A stretch of DNA of 64,000 nt from Candidatus Calescibacterium sp. (GTDB lineage: Bacteria > Calescibacteriota > Calescibacteriia > Calescibacteriales > Calescibacteriaceae): NCBI GenBank assembly GCA_032249135.1, contig JAVVGL010000001.1, positions 1 to 64,000 on the forward strand, in the 5' to 3' direction. Positions 48,893 through 59,548 of this stretch are shown piece by piece (within the stretch, counting starts at the first letter, position 1; every line of letters begins with the position of its first letter). Position numbers and translations under genes: made by a program. The notes below the pieces were generated by a model. That model was not told where the DNA came from and ran no database searches. It was given only the letters and a program-made list of their open reading frames with translations.

Positions 48893-49811
48893 AAAGTTTT
48901 ATAACTTCCTCTTCAAGCTCAATTTTCCTTTCTTGCTTGACTTTCTCTTTTATATAGTTTATAAGTTCTTCTGCTTCTTGGAAACAAGCTCCACCTTCAT
49001 TTTCAAGAAAGTTTGCATGAATTGATGAGATTTTAATCCTCTTTGTTAATCTGAATCCCTTGAGACCGAGCTCATCTATTATTTTTCCAGCAGACTCCCC
49101 ATTTGGAGGATTCTTGAATATGCATCCAAAAGTTTTAGAATTTACAGGTTGAGTTTCAAATCTCTTTTTCAGATAACGAGAAACTTTGTCTCTCACCTCA
49201 GTAGGTTTTGCTTTCTTGAACCTCATAGATACCGAGAGAACTATCTGATTATCTTTTATACTACTCCATCTATAACCAAAATTTGGTTTTATTTTCTCTA
49301 CCCAAAAGTTCCCATCTGATATAGTTAAAACTTCCACATCTTCTACGAAATCTGAAATCCATCCCAAACGAGTTCCTGCATTTACTTTCACAGCTCCGCC
49401 GACACAGCCTGGAATTCCTGCTATTTTCTCAACACCTTCAAATCCTTTTTTTATTCCAAGAGCAACAAGAAACTGCAAAGAAGTTCCGGCACCAACTTTG
49501 AGGTAAAAACTATCTTTTTCCTCTGTGCAATTTTGAAAATCAAATCTCATGAGCGATATAACAAGGCGCGGAATTTTTCCATCTCTGACAAGCATTTTGG
49601 TCCCATTACCGACCACACAAAACGGAATCTCCTTTGATTTTACATATTCTATAGTCTTCTCCAGAGCATCCATATTTCGTGGGAAAACGAATGAGAAAGG
49701 TTCTCCACCTATTCCAACGCTTGTGAAATCAGAAAATTTAAGTATTTTTGTTTCTATGTTGAAATGCCTTAAGTCAGACAAAATCCCTCGTCGCTCCTCC
49801 TCAAACCGCAT
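48885..49811 (-). CDS. murB: UDP-N-acetylenolpyruvoylglucosamine reductase
   Basis: GIGG, GIPG.VGGA..NAG, FGYRWS, GCIFKNP, HANF, LEEEV. Confidence 0.94.
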   Translation of the reverse strand: MRFEEERRGILSDLRHFNIETKILKFSDFTSVGIGGEPFSFVFPRNMDALEKTIEYVKSKEIPFCVVGNGTKMLVRDGKIPRLVISLMRFDFQNCTEEKDSFYLKVGAGTSLQFLVALGIKKGFEGVEKIAGIPGCVGGAVKVNAGTRLGWISDFVEDVEVLTISDGNFWVEKIKPNFGYRWSSIKDNQIVLSVSMRFKKAKPTEVRDKVSRYLKKRFETQPVNSKTFGCIFKNPPNGESAGKIIDELGLKGFRLTKRIKISSIHANFLENEGGACFQEAEELINYIKEKVKQERKIELEEEVIKLCD

Positions 49812-49877
49812 AAACAGAAATTTACTATCACGAAAAACTTTTTGTTTTTTACTGAAATTTTTTAGTTAATTTTTATT

Positions 49878-50882
<1,005 letters not shown>

Positions 50883-50959
50883 TTAATATTTCATGAAAAG
50901 AATAGAAAAACCAGAAAAATCCAACAAAATATGAGAAAATTTTTTAATGGATTTAGGCT

Positions 50960-51604
50960 GTGCTGGTCAAAATATGTGGTATAACTTCTTTTGAGGACAT
51001 TTTATTATGTGATTCAGAAGGGGCTGACTTTTTAGGCTTTATTTTTGTAAAAGGTAGCAAGAGATTTGTTCTTAAACCAGAGGAAGTACTTTCTACAAAG
51101 ACACAGGCAAAAAAAGTTGCAGTTTTACGGGACCCGGACAAAAAAGATATAAAAGTTTTTAAAGGTTTTGATTTTATACAATTACACGGTCTTGAAAATG
51201 AAATAATTTTAGAGGAGGTAAAATCAATCGGAGCTGGCATCATAAAAACTATATTCCCTGACATCAAAGAATCCGTAAATTTATGTAAAAGGCTATCTCC
51301 TTATGTTGATTTTTTCTTAGTTGATTCTTCGTCAAAATTAAAAGGATTTGATAGCTCCCGATTTTCAGAAACCAGTCTTTTAGAAATTCTTGAAGGGGGA
51401 AAAATCTTCGGAAGAGATTTTTTCATATCAGGCGGTCTTACACCTACTAATGTGAGACAATTTATAGATAGATTTAAACCAGCAGGAGTTGATGTATCAT
51501 CTGGAGTTGAATATGAAATCGGCAAAAAGGATCCACAAAAGGTTAAAGATTTTATAAAAAACGCAAAAATGGCTGAAAGTAAAAAATCAGAAGAGAAATT
51601 ATGA
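50960..51604 (+). CDS. trpF: Phosphoribosylanthranilate isomerase
   Basis: VKICGIT, IQLHG, SGGLTP.NV, GVDVSSGVE. Confidence 0.93.
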   Translation: MLVKICGITSFEDILLCDSEGADFLGFIFVKGSKRFVLKPEEVLSTKTQAKKVAVLRDPDKKDIKVFKGFDFIQLHGLENEIILEEVKSIGAGIIKTIFPDIKESVNLCKRLSPYVDFFLVDSSSKLKGFDSSRFSETSLLEILEGGKIFGRDFFISGGLTPTNVRQFIDRFKPAGVDVSSGVEYEIGKKDPQKVKDFIKNAKMAESKKSEEKL

Positions 51605-52293
51605 ATAAAATAAAAAACAACAAATTTTACTCTTTTGATCACGGTATCGCATTTGATTTTCCCTGGGGAAGTAGAGCCATTTTCTTCTTCAAAGATTATA
51701 CTCCTGATTTTGAAATTGTTTTCCCAAAACAGAAGCATACATCTTGTGTCCTACTATATCCTGATGAATTTGGAAATGGTAATGAGATATTTTTTGATGG
51801 TATTATAAGTTTTTCTGATAAAGTAGCTTTGGGAGTGAAAACTGCGGATTGTCTTCCAATAGCTTTATCTACTCCTGATTTGATAGGGATAATTCATGCA
51901 GGATGGCGAGGATTAGCAAAGGGAATAATTCAAGAACTTGCACAGAAAATAGAAAGTCTTAGACAAAGCATGTCATCATCTTATTTTGTTATAGGACCTC
52001 ACATATGTGGAAGGTGTTATAATGTAGGGAATGATGTGGCAGAAATATTTGAAAGGCTCTGCAAAGAAAACAACATCAGAGTTAATAAAGTAATCCGAAA
52101 AAGCAGAAAAGATGGGAAAATTTTTATTGATTTAGCTGGTTTTGCTCTCTCAATTTTACGAAATCTTGGAGCAAAAAAAGTTTTTGTTTCAAAAATATGC
52201 GTAAAAGAAGATAATAGATTTTTCTCCCGAAGAAGAGGAGATAACCACTCCCAGATTTCCGTTATGATAAAAAATGAAAAGAATAAATTATAG
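51601..52293 (+). CDS. pgeF: YfiH/PgeF (laccase-like) peptidoglycan editing factor family
   Basis: QKH, TADCLP, IHAGWRG, GPHI..C.Y.V, FFSRRR. Confidence 0.85.
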   Translation: MNKIKNNKFYSFDHGIAFDFPWGSRAIFFFKDYTPDFEIVFPKQKHTSCVLLYPDEFGNGNEIFFDGIISFSDKVALGVKTADCLPIALSTPDLIGIIHAGWRGLAKGIIQELAQKIESLRQSMSSSYFVIGPHICGRCYNVGNDVAEIFERLCKENNIRVNKVIRKSRKDGKIFIDLAGFALSILRNLGAKKVFVSKICVKEDNRFFSRRRGDNHSQISVMIKNEKNKL

Positions 52294-52816
52294 ATGGACG
52301 AAGTTCTCAAAGTTATAAGAGAAAGAAGAAGTATCAGAGCGTATCTTGAAAAGGAAATTCCAGAAGATATAATAAGAAAACTTATTTTGGCTTTGATTTG
52401 GGCACCATCAGCCGGAAATCTTCAGGCAAGGAAATTTTACTTTGTAAGAAACAAGGAGATAAAATTGAAGATTGCAAGGGCTGCTTTGGAACAGATATTC
52501 ATCGCACAAGCTCCGTTAGTTGTTGTAGGATGCATAGATAAAAGAAAAATATCATCAAGATACGGTGAAAGAGGTGTAAAACTTTATGCAATTCAAGATG
52601 TAGCGTGTAGCTTGCGAAACCTTATGCTCGTCGCTTATGAAAATGGACTAGGAAGCGTATGGGTAGGTGCTTTCTATGAAGAAGAAATCTCAGAGATTCT
52701 GAAATTACCCCCCACATTTAAGACCGGTTGCAATAGTACCAGTTGGATATCCAGCTGAATTCCCTCCACCTCCTCCACGGGTTTCAGAAAATCAAGCGGT
52801 TGTATTTGTTGACTGA
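52294..52816 (+). pseudogene. Nitroreductase family protein, frameshifted at C6 (52708-52713)
   Basis: RRSIR, APSAGNLQ, GLGSVWVGAF. Removing one C restores LPPHLRPVAIVPVGYPAE...VFVD* ending at 52816. Confidence 0.8.
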
Positions 52817-52856
52817 AAAACAAAATTAAATCTTTCTTCGCACTAAATATAAAAAA

Positions 52857-54080
52857 GTGCAGAAAGAAACAAATTTTCCAGAGACTGAAACGGAACCTGA
52901 ATTTATTGATTTTCCGTTTTCAAAATCAATTTCTCATCAACAAAAGCTTGTGAGATCGCCAGCATATGATGTTAATTTGCGACCTTTTATAATAATATGG
53001 GAATCAACTTTTGCGTGCGACCTTGCATGCAAACATTGCAGAGCAAACTCAGAAATATTCCGCTCACCAGAAGAGCTACAAGAAGAAGAAGCAAAAGAAT
53101 TATTAAATCAAATAAAGGGTTTTGGTTTTCCTCCTCCTATTTTTATAATAACAGGTGGAGATCCTTTCAAAAGAGATGATATTTTCTCCATAGCTGAATA
53201 CGGAAAATTGATTGGTATTCCAGTTTCATTTTCTCCATCTGTTACACCTCTTTTTACAGATGACAAAATAGAGCTCATGAAAAAAGCAGGAGTAAAAGCA
53301 ATTTCACTTTCGTTGGATGGTCCAGATGAAAAAACTCATGATGAATTCAGAGGAGTAGATGGAGTATTCAGAAGAACAATTAATATATGGGAAAAACTCA
53401 AAAAAGCAGGAATCAAGGTTCAAATAAATACAACTGTAACACAGCTCAACAAAGAAAAACTCGCAGATATATTTGAAATAGTAGCAAAAATGAACCCTAT
53501 GACATGGAGTCTGTTTTTCCTTGTGAAAGTTGGGAGAGCAGAAGACAAACTACAAATTTCACCACAAGAATATGAAGATGTCATGAATTTTTTATTTGAT
53601 GCAGCGGAATTTGTTCATTGCAAAACAACAGAGGGTCACCACTACAAAAGAATTTTTATTCAGAGAACAAAATCAGAAAATGAATACAGAGAAAAGATAA
53701 AACTTGGTCCCTTATATTTTCAACTCAAAGAAAAGCTTGATTTCATAGTAAAAAAACTTGATCTGAAAAAAAGACCGAGAAGAACTCCTATGAATGTAAA
53801 TGCAGGAAAGGGTTTTATTTTTATCTCAAAAAAAGGAGATGTTTTCCCTTCCGGATTTTTACCTATGAAAGTCGGAAATGTAAGAGAGAAAAACGTAGTA
53901 AATATATATAGAGAATCCGAAGTTTTGCAGAAGCTCAGAGACACAAAGAATTTAAAAGGTAAATGTGGTATTTGCGAATTTAAGGAAGTTTGTGGAGGTT
54001 CAAGGTCAAGAGCATTTTCATACACAGGTGATCCATTTGAATCAGAACCTTTCTGTATATGGCAACCTTCACCGAGCTGA
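52857..54080 (+). CDS. Radical SAM/SPASM protein, TIGR04053/NirJ2 (AhbD-like) type
   Basis: WES..ACDLACKHCRA, TTEGHHYKR, NAGKGFIFIS..GDVFPSGFLP, CGICEFKEVCGGSRSRA. Confidence 0.85.
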   Translation: MQKETNFPETETEPEFIDFPFSKSISHQQKLVRSPAYDVNLRPFIIIWESTFACDLACKHCRANSEIFRSPEELQEEEAKELLNQIKGFGFPPPIFIITGGDPFKRDDIFSIAEYGKLIGIPVSFSPSVTPLFTDDKIELMKKAGVKAISLSLDGPDEKTHDEFRGVDGVFRRTINIWEKLKKAGIKVQINTTVTQLNKEKLADIFEIVAKMNPMTWSLFFLVKVGRAEDKLQISPQEYEDVMNFLFDAAEFVHCKTTEGHHYKRIFIQRTKSENEYREKIKLGPLYFQLKEKLDFIVKKLDLKKRPRRTPMNVNAGKGFIFISKKGDVFPSGFLPMKVGNVREKNVVNIYRESEVLQKLRDTKNLKGKCGICEFKEVCGGSRSRAFSYTGDPFESEPFCIWQPSPS

Positions 54081-54101
54081 ACTTCAATTTATAGATCAAA
54101 G

Positions 54102-54468
54102 TTAAAATTCAATTTCTAAATCCCTGATCAAATCTTCAATGCCTCTGTAAAGTTCGGGAATTTTTTCCTTTACTGTCTTCCATACAACTCTATAATCATG
54201 CCAAAATACTCATGAATTAGCTTATTCCTCATACCTACGATACTTTTCCATTTAATTTTTGGGTATCTATTTCTGAACTCTATTGAAATATAACTCTATT
54301 GAAATATATTTCGCTCCTTCTCCAATTATCTCTAAAACTCTCACAAATGACCTTTTTAGCTCTCCATTTTAAATAAATTCTTCTTCATAACTTAAATTCG
54401 CACTTTTACTTATTAGATATTCGCATCCACTTTTTATGTCTAAAAGGTAATCTCTTAATTTCTCTCAT
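54102..54468 (-). pseudogene. HepT/DUF86-like RNase toxin pseudogene
   Basis: Reconstructed RDYLLDI...RVLEIIGEGAK...WKSIVGMRNKLIHEYFG...VVWKTVKEKIPEL (Rx4HxY), with frameshifts, an in-frame TAA and a 16-bp duplication. Confidence 0.85.
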
Positions 54469-54652
54469 ATATACTCTACTTCATGACTTCATGTAAAATA
54501 TATTCATATCTCCACAACTTAAAAATTTTAATTCTTTTCTCACTACAATTGAAAAATAAGTGATATTAAACAAAAAAAGAATTCAGCTATTCGTTAATTG
54601 AAAATCCTGAACTTAAAATTAATAAAAGGGAGGAAGGAAAAAGAAGAAATAA

Positions 54653-55891
54653 ATGATAGGTCTCACAAAACTTATAACACAAAGAGAAAGTCCATCTGAT
54701 AGACTAAGATATGGGGATGTGGATGGTAAAACTAAAACTCATAAGTTTGAAGATAATGGTGTATATAGACCGGTTGTTGTTTTCAATATAGCATCCGCCT
54801 GCAATCTTGCGTGTCAGCACTGCTACTATTCTGCAAGGTATCAGCCCCTACCAGATGAACTTTCAACACAAGAAATTTTCGGTGTAATAGACGATCTTTC
54901 AGAGCTCCAAGTTCCGGTAGTTCTTGTGTCAGGAGGGGAACCTCTAATGAAAAAAGATATTTTCACAATACTTGAATATTTTAATTTCAAAGGAATTGAA
55001 ACAGCTCTCTCAACAAATGGAACTCTTATAAAACCGTGGAACATAGATAAAATAAAAAAATCAGGAGTGGGATATGTTGGTATATCAATAGATGGTCCCG
55101 AAAACATTCACGATAATTTCAGAGGTAAAAAAGGAGCATTCAGGATGGCATCAGAGGCAATAGATATATGCATAGAAAACAATATAAGGACTTCTGTAAG
55201 ACTAACTTTGACAAGATATAACAAAGACTATCTTTTTGACATCATAGATTGGGCGGAAGAAAAAAAAGTAAATAGATTCTGCATATATCATCTTGTAGCA
55301 ACTGGCAGGGGCAAAGACATAAAAGACGCCACTCTAACTCCGGAAGAAACAAGAGAAATTATAAAAAAAGTAATAGAAAAAGCAGAAAGATTGAGGATGG
55401 AGATACTCACAGTAGATAATCCAGCTGACGGAATTTTCATACTCGCAGAACTTATAAGGAGAGGAGAAATTGAGAAAGCAAAAAAAGTATTCAAAATGCT
55501 AAAAAGCCAAAAGGGGGACGGAACAGGAAAAAGAATAGCTGTTATAGCTCATAACGGAAATGTCCACCTTTCACAATTTTGGCTTACAGAAAAAATAGGA
55601 AATGTCAGAGAAGAAAAATTTTCAAGAATATGGAACGATAATTCCAATCCAATACTAAAATACTTGCGTGAGAAAGTAAGGGAAGAGCTTGAAGGAAAAT
55701 GTGGAATATGTCCTGTAAAAAATTTGTGCGGAGGTTTCAGACCGAGAGCATACGCATATACTGGGAAAATAAATTCATCGGACCCGCTATGCTACATAAA
55801 TCAAGATGATATGAAAACAATAACAGAATTCATAAGAAGAGAAATAGGAATAGAAGAAGAAAAATTATTAGAAGAAAAAAGAGCAAATTAA
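54653..55891 (+). CDS. ahbC: Radical SAM/SPASM protein, AhbC/NirJ1-like (12,18-didecarboxysiroheme deacetylase)
   Basis: MIGLTKL...LRYG, RPVVVFN...CNLACQHCY, RFCIYHLV..GRG, EILTVDN.ADG, VH..QFW, DPLCY. Confidence 0.75.
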   Translation: MIGLTKLITQRESPSDRLRYGDVDGKTKTHKFEDNGVYRPVVVFNIASACNLACQHCYYSARYQPLPDELSTQEIFGVIDDLSELQVPVVLVSGGEPLMKKDIFTILEYFNFKGIETALSTNGTLIKPWNIDKIKKSGVGYVGISIDGPENIHDNFRGKKGAFRMASEAIDICIENNIRTSVRLTLTRYNKDYLFDIIDWAEEKKVNRFCIYHLVATGRGKDIKDATLTPEETREIIKKVIEKAERLRMEILTVDNPADGIFILAELIRRGEIEKAKKVFKMLKSQKGDGTGKRIAVIAHNGNVHLSQFWLTEKIGNVREEKFSRIWNDNSNPILKYLREKVREELEGKCGICPVKNLCGGFRPRAYAYTGKINSSDPLCYINQDDMKTITEFIRREIGIEEEKLLEEKRAN

Positions 55892-55921
55892 TCAAGTAAG
55901 AAAAGGGAAAAATTTTCAGTT

Positions 55922-57334
55922 ATGTGTGGAATAGTAGGAATATATGGAATACAAGAAGCTGTAAGATATACGCTTTTAGGGCTCCACGCTCTACAACATA
56001 GGGGACAGGAAGGTGTAGGAGTAGCATGGGTAGATGGTGATAAAATTCACACCGAAAAATCTTTGGGATTAGTTTCAGATTTTGCAAGGAAAATAAAGTA
56101 TCCCAGAGAAAGTCAAATAGCCGTTGGACATATCCGATACTCAACATCAGGAAAAGCTGATATTATGAATATTCAACCAGTAGTTATTAATGGATTTGAA
56201 ATAAAAACCGCAATATGCCATAATGGGAACTTTGTTAATTTCTTCTCTCTGAGAAAATCGCTTGAAGAAAATGGAGCTGTTTTCACAACAGATATGGATA
56301 CGGAAGTTCTCGCACATCTTATAATGGGAGCAAAAGGAGATTTTCTAACTCGTTTGCTCTTTGCTCTCGGAAAAGTAAAAGGAGCTTACTCACTCGTTAT
56401 CATGACTCCTGATTCACTCTACGGTATAAGAGACCCTTTTGGTTTCAGACCCTTATGTTTAGGTAGGATAAAAAACGCATATGTGATAGCGTCTGAAACT
56501 TGCGCACTTGATGTAATAGGAGCAGAATTCATAAGAGAAATTGAACCTGGGGAAATAGTAAAAATCTCAAAAGATGGCATAGAATCAGAAAAAATAAAAA
56601 AGCAAAATCCACAACAAAAAAGAGAATGCATTTTTGAGCTGATATACTTTGCAAGACCAGATTCAATTGTGTTCCAAAAACAAGTTTGGGAAGTAAGAAA
56701 AGAGCTGGGCAGAATGCTCGCAAAAGAACATCCCTGCGAAGATGCAGACATAGTAACACCAGTTCCTGATTCTGGACTTTTCGCGGCAATGGGATACGCA
56801 GAAGAATCTAAAATTCCATTTTTTTACGCTCTTACAAGAAGCCACTATATCGGAAGAACTTTTATAGAACCATCATCATCTGAAAGAAAGGAGGAAGTAA
56901 GATTGAAGCTCAACCCAATAAAAGGAGTTGTCCAGGGGAAAAAGATTGTTCTTGTAGATGATTCAATTGTAAGAGGAACAACTTCAAGGAAAATAGTAAA
57001 AATGCTCAAAGACGCAGGGGCAAAGGAAGTACATATGAGAATTTCTTCGCCTCCCATAAAGTTTCCTTGCTACTATGGAATAGACACACCATCAAAAGGA
57101 GAACTTATAGCTTCATCGCATTCCATAGAAGAAATAAAAAATTTCATAGGTTGCGATTCCTTAGGGTACCTTAGTGTTGAGGGAATGCTCAAAGCGGTAG
57201 AAAACTCATTAGGTAATGAACCAGGAAAATTAGAAAAACCTAGTTTCTGCACAGCGTGCTTTACGGGAGACTATCCTATCCCACCTGAGGACTCCGAATT
57301 TATAATGCAACTGAGATTGTTCAGAGATTTTTAG
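55922..57334 (+). CDS. purF: Amidophosphoribosyltransferase
   Basis: M|CGIVG, LQHRGQE, HNG, VDDSIVRGTTS, CTACFTG. Confidence 0.98.
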   Translation: MCGIVGIYGIQEAVRYTLLGLHALQHRGQEGVGVAWVDGDKIHTEKSLGLVSDFARKIKYPRESQIAVGHIRYSTSGKADIMNIQPVVINGFEIKTAICHNGNFVNFFSLRKSLEENGAVFTTDMDTEVLAHLIMGAKGDFLTRLLFALGKVKGAYSLVIMTPDSLYGIRDPFGFRPLCLGRIKNAYVIASETCALDVIGAEFIREIEPGEIVKISKDGIESEKIKKQNPQQKRECIFELIYFARPDSIVFQKQVWEVRKELGRMLAKEHPCEDADIVTPVPDSGLFAAMGYAEESKIPFFYALTRSHYIGRTFIEPSSSERKEEVRLKLNPIKGVVQGKKIVLVDDSIVRGTTSRKIVKMLKDAGAKEVHMRISSPPIKFPCYYGIDTPSKGELIASSHSIEEIKNFIGCDSLGYLSVEGMLKAVENSLGNEPGKLEKPSFCTACFTGDYPIPPEDSEFIMQLRLFRDF

Positions 57335-57395
57335 CCCTCATAAACTGAATTTGGAAAAAATATCGTGAGGAAGTCCAATATTTAACTTAAATGAT

Positions 57396-58727
57396 ATGGT
57401 TGCAAGTTTTAGAAAATATTTATTCTTAATAATACCATTATTTTTTGCATTGAATTCATTGTGTAGCAGCAGCAATCAAGATGAAAATAATCCTACCGGT
57501 CAGAAGATTGATTGCAAAGAAGATAACCCAAACATCGTAAAAGTCATCACAATAACGCCAGAGAAAATATGGACAAATACACGAATAACTTTAAAAAAAG
57601 GCTACGACATAATAATAGAGATTGATGATGAGAGAGCTTTGGGAGAAGAAGAAGTGGATTTTTCAAATCCGGTCCCGTTTGCCGGCAAAAAAGCAGTAAT
57701 ATACAAAATAGGAGAAGATGGTATCCCACAACCTGTTGGTCAAAAAGCATATATAACCGCAGGAGCAGAAGATGAAAATAAAAACTTGTTTTTGGGCTGG
57801 AACACAAGAGAACCTCTTATAAGGCAAGTGAAAAATGAAAAGGGAGAAGGAGTCAAAGAAAAGCCCCAACCTATAACTGCAACGGTGAAAATTTTCATTC
57901 CAGAAACAGATAAAGTTGTAAGAAGAGTCGCTCTTTATGCACCTCGAAATAATTTTTGGACAAACGAAACAAACCCAAGATTTTACTGGGACCCACAAGA
58001 TAACGCAATAAGATATATCTTTCAAATTTCTGATTACCCGGATTTCAGAAGAATAGTTGAAACTGTTGAAATATCTGCTTCCGGGGGGCAGGTGAATCCA
58101 ATATCTACAATAGGCGGAGGAGTTGGTCAGGTTCAATTTAATCTTCAAGAAGGAATATACTGGTGGAGAGTAATAGCTCAGATAAATTTGGGGAGATCAT
58201 TAAATCCCGTTCCAGTTTGGACATGCTGGGCTCACCCATTCAGACTCGGAGTTGAACTTGGAACTCCACCTCAACCCGCAGAAATCATATCACCAAAAAA
58301 AGAAGATGTCTTCAAAGTCGGGGATACGATAAACTTTGAATTCACAGTCCAAGATGACCCTTCTTTTGTTTTTTGGAGAATAAGGCATGTAGTATCTGAA
58401 TGCGACCAACAACCATCTATAAATCCTAACGATCCAAACTCCGGCAACCCTACTCCCTGGCATGTATTCCAAAGGAGACTTGGAGAAGGGAATTTGAAAG
58501 AACTTCCAAAACTTGTTGCTTCTTACAAATATGAGAACCTTGAAAGAGGTAATCACCTTTTCAGAATTGAGGTTAAAGACTCATCAGATACAACAGGCGT
58601 TAGCATAAGAACGACAGATTATAGAACATCAGTTGAATGTGAAAAAACACAAGAATCTCAACAAGGCACAACACAACCAACCTCTCAACAAGGTACAACT
58701 CAGCCACCAACAGGTGGAGGTCAATAA
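57396..58727 (+). CDS. Putative lipoprotein with lectin-like and FN3/Ig-like domains
   Basis: Signal ..NSL-C; WTNTRITLKKG; PRFYW..Y.FQIS...F and GIYWWRV; 27-nt C-terminal duplication (SQQGTTQP x2). Confidence 0.65.
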   Translation: MVASFRKYLFLIIPLFFALNSLCSSSNQDENNPTGQKIDCKEDNPNIVKVITITPEKIWTNTRITLKKGYDIIIEIDDERALGEEEVDFSNPVPFAGKKAVIYKIGEDGIPQPVGQKAYITAGAEDENKNLFLGWNTREPLIRQVKNEKGEGVKEKPQPITATVKIFIPETDKVVRRVALYAPRNNFWTNETNPRFYWDPQDNAIRYIFQISDYPDFRRIVETVEISASGGQVNPISTIGGGVGQVQFNLQEGIYWWRVIAQINLGRSLNPVPVWTCWAHPFRLGVELGTPPQPAEIISPKKEDVFKVGDTINFEFTVQDDPSFVFWRIRHVVSECDQQPSINPNDPNSGNPTPWHVFQRRLGEGNLKELPKLVASYKYENLERGNHLFRIEVKDSSDTTGVSIRTTDYRTSVECEKTQESQQGTTQPTSQQGTTQPPTGGGQ

Positions 58728-58739
58728 GGAAGGGGATAT

Positions 58740-59504
58740 TTAGGCTGATAAGAAAAGTTTTTTGAAGTTGTGCTCAACAACTCTTGAAACCTCATAAAAA
58801 TCAATATTTTTTATTTGAGCAATTTTTTCAACAACATACTTTACAAATGCTGGCTCATTTTCTTTTTTACCTCTGAAGGGTTTCGGAGTTAAAAATGGAG
58901 CGTCTGTTTCTGTTAGTATATATTCAAGAGGAGTTTCTTTGGCAACATCTTGAATGTCGTTACTGAAAGTCAAAATACCGGAAAAAGATATGAAAAAACC
59001 TTTTTCAGTAGCTGACTTCATCTCATCTTTTCCCCAAGTAAAACAATGAAAAACAGCTTTTACTTTACTATGTGATAGTATATCAAGAGCAATTGAGAAA
59101 GCAGAATTTCCCTTGTAAGAGCCCCTTGTATGAACAACAACTGGCTTTTTCAGTTTCTCTGCGATTTCAACATGCCTTTCAAAAATTTTGATTTGCAAAT
59201 CTGGATTATCTCCTTTGAAAAAGTCAAGCCCGGTTTCCCCGATTGCAACTATTTTTTTTGTTTCTTGATTTTCCTTAATAATTTCTTCAATTTCTTCTAC
59301 TTTATCAAAATCTTGTTTTTGAAGAGGATGAATTCCGCAAGCTAAAAACACATTCTCAAAATTTGAAAAATCAAGAAGTTTTCTGCTATCATCAACTCCG
59401 ATTCCGCAACACAGAATGAAATTTACTCCTTCTGCCTTTGCATTTTTTATAACTTCTTCTGGACTTTTTGAAATGAGCTGAATGTGAGCGTGGGAATCTA
59501 CCAT
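58740..59504 (-). CDS. tatD: TatD-family hydrolase
   Basis: DSHAH, GIHP, IGETGLD, HTR, HCF, ETDAPFL; alternative TTG start at 59552. Confidence 0.93.
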   Translation of the reverse strand: MVDSHAHIQLISKSPEEVIKNAKAEGVNFILCCGIGVDDSRKLLDFSNFENVFLACGIHPLQKQDFDKVEEIEEIIKENQETKKIVAIGETGLDFFKGDNPDLQIKIFERHVEIAEKLKKPVVVHTRGSYKGNSAFSIALDILSHSKVKAVFHCFTWGKDEMKSATEKGFFISFSGILTFSNDIQDVAKETPLEYILTETDAPFLTPKPFRGKKENEPAFVKYVVEKIAQIKNIDFYEVSRVVEHNFKKLFLSA

Positions 59505-59548
59505 AGTGAGAATTACCAAAAAACTGTTTAACCTATTTTCTAAAACTA

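Noticed and set aside
54586-54596. GCTATTCGTTA shared with 28196-28206, and other TAACGAA occurrences
   Set aside because: Too few and too short; the core also occurs in coding regions, so it cannot be distinguished from chance without motif statistics
52857-55891. Radical SAM/SPASM pair as a RiPP maturase cluster
   Set aside because: Motifs fit NirJ/Ahb haem enzymes, and the intervening DNA is a HepT relic, not a precursor peptide
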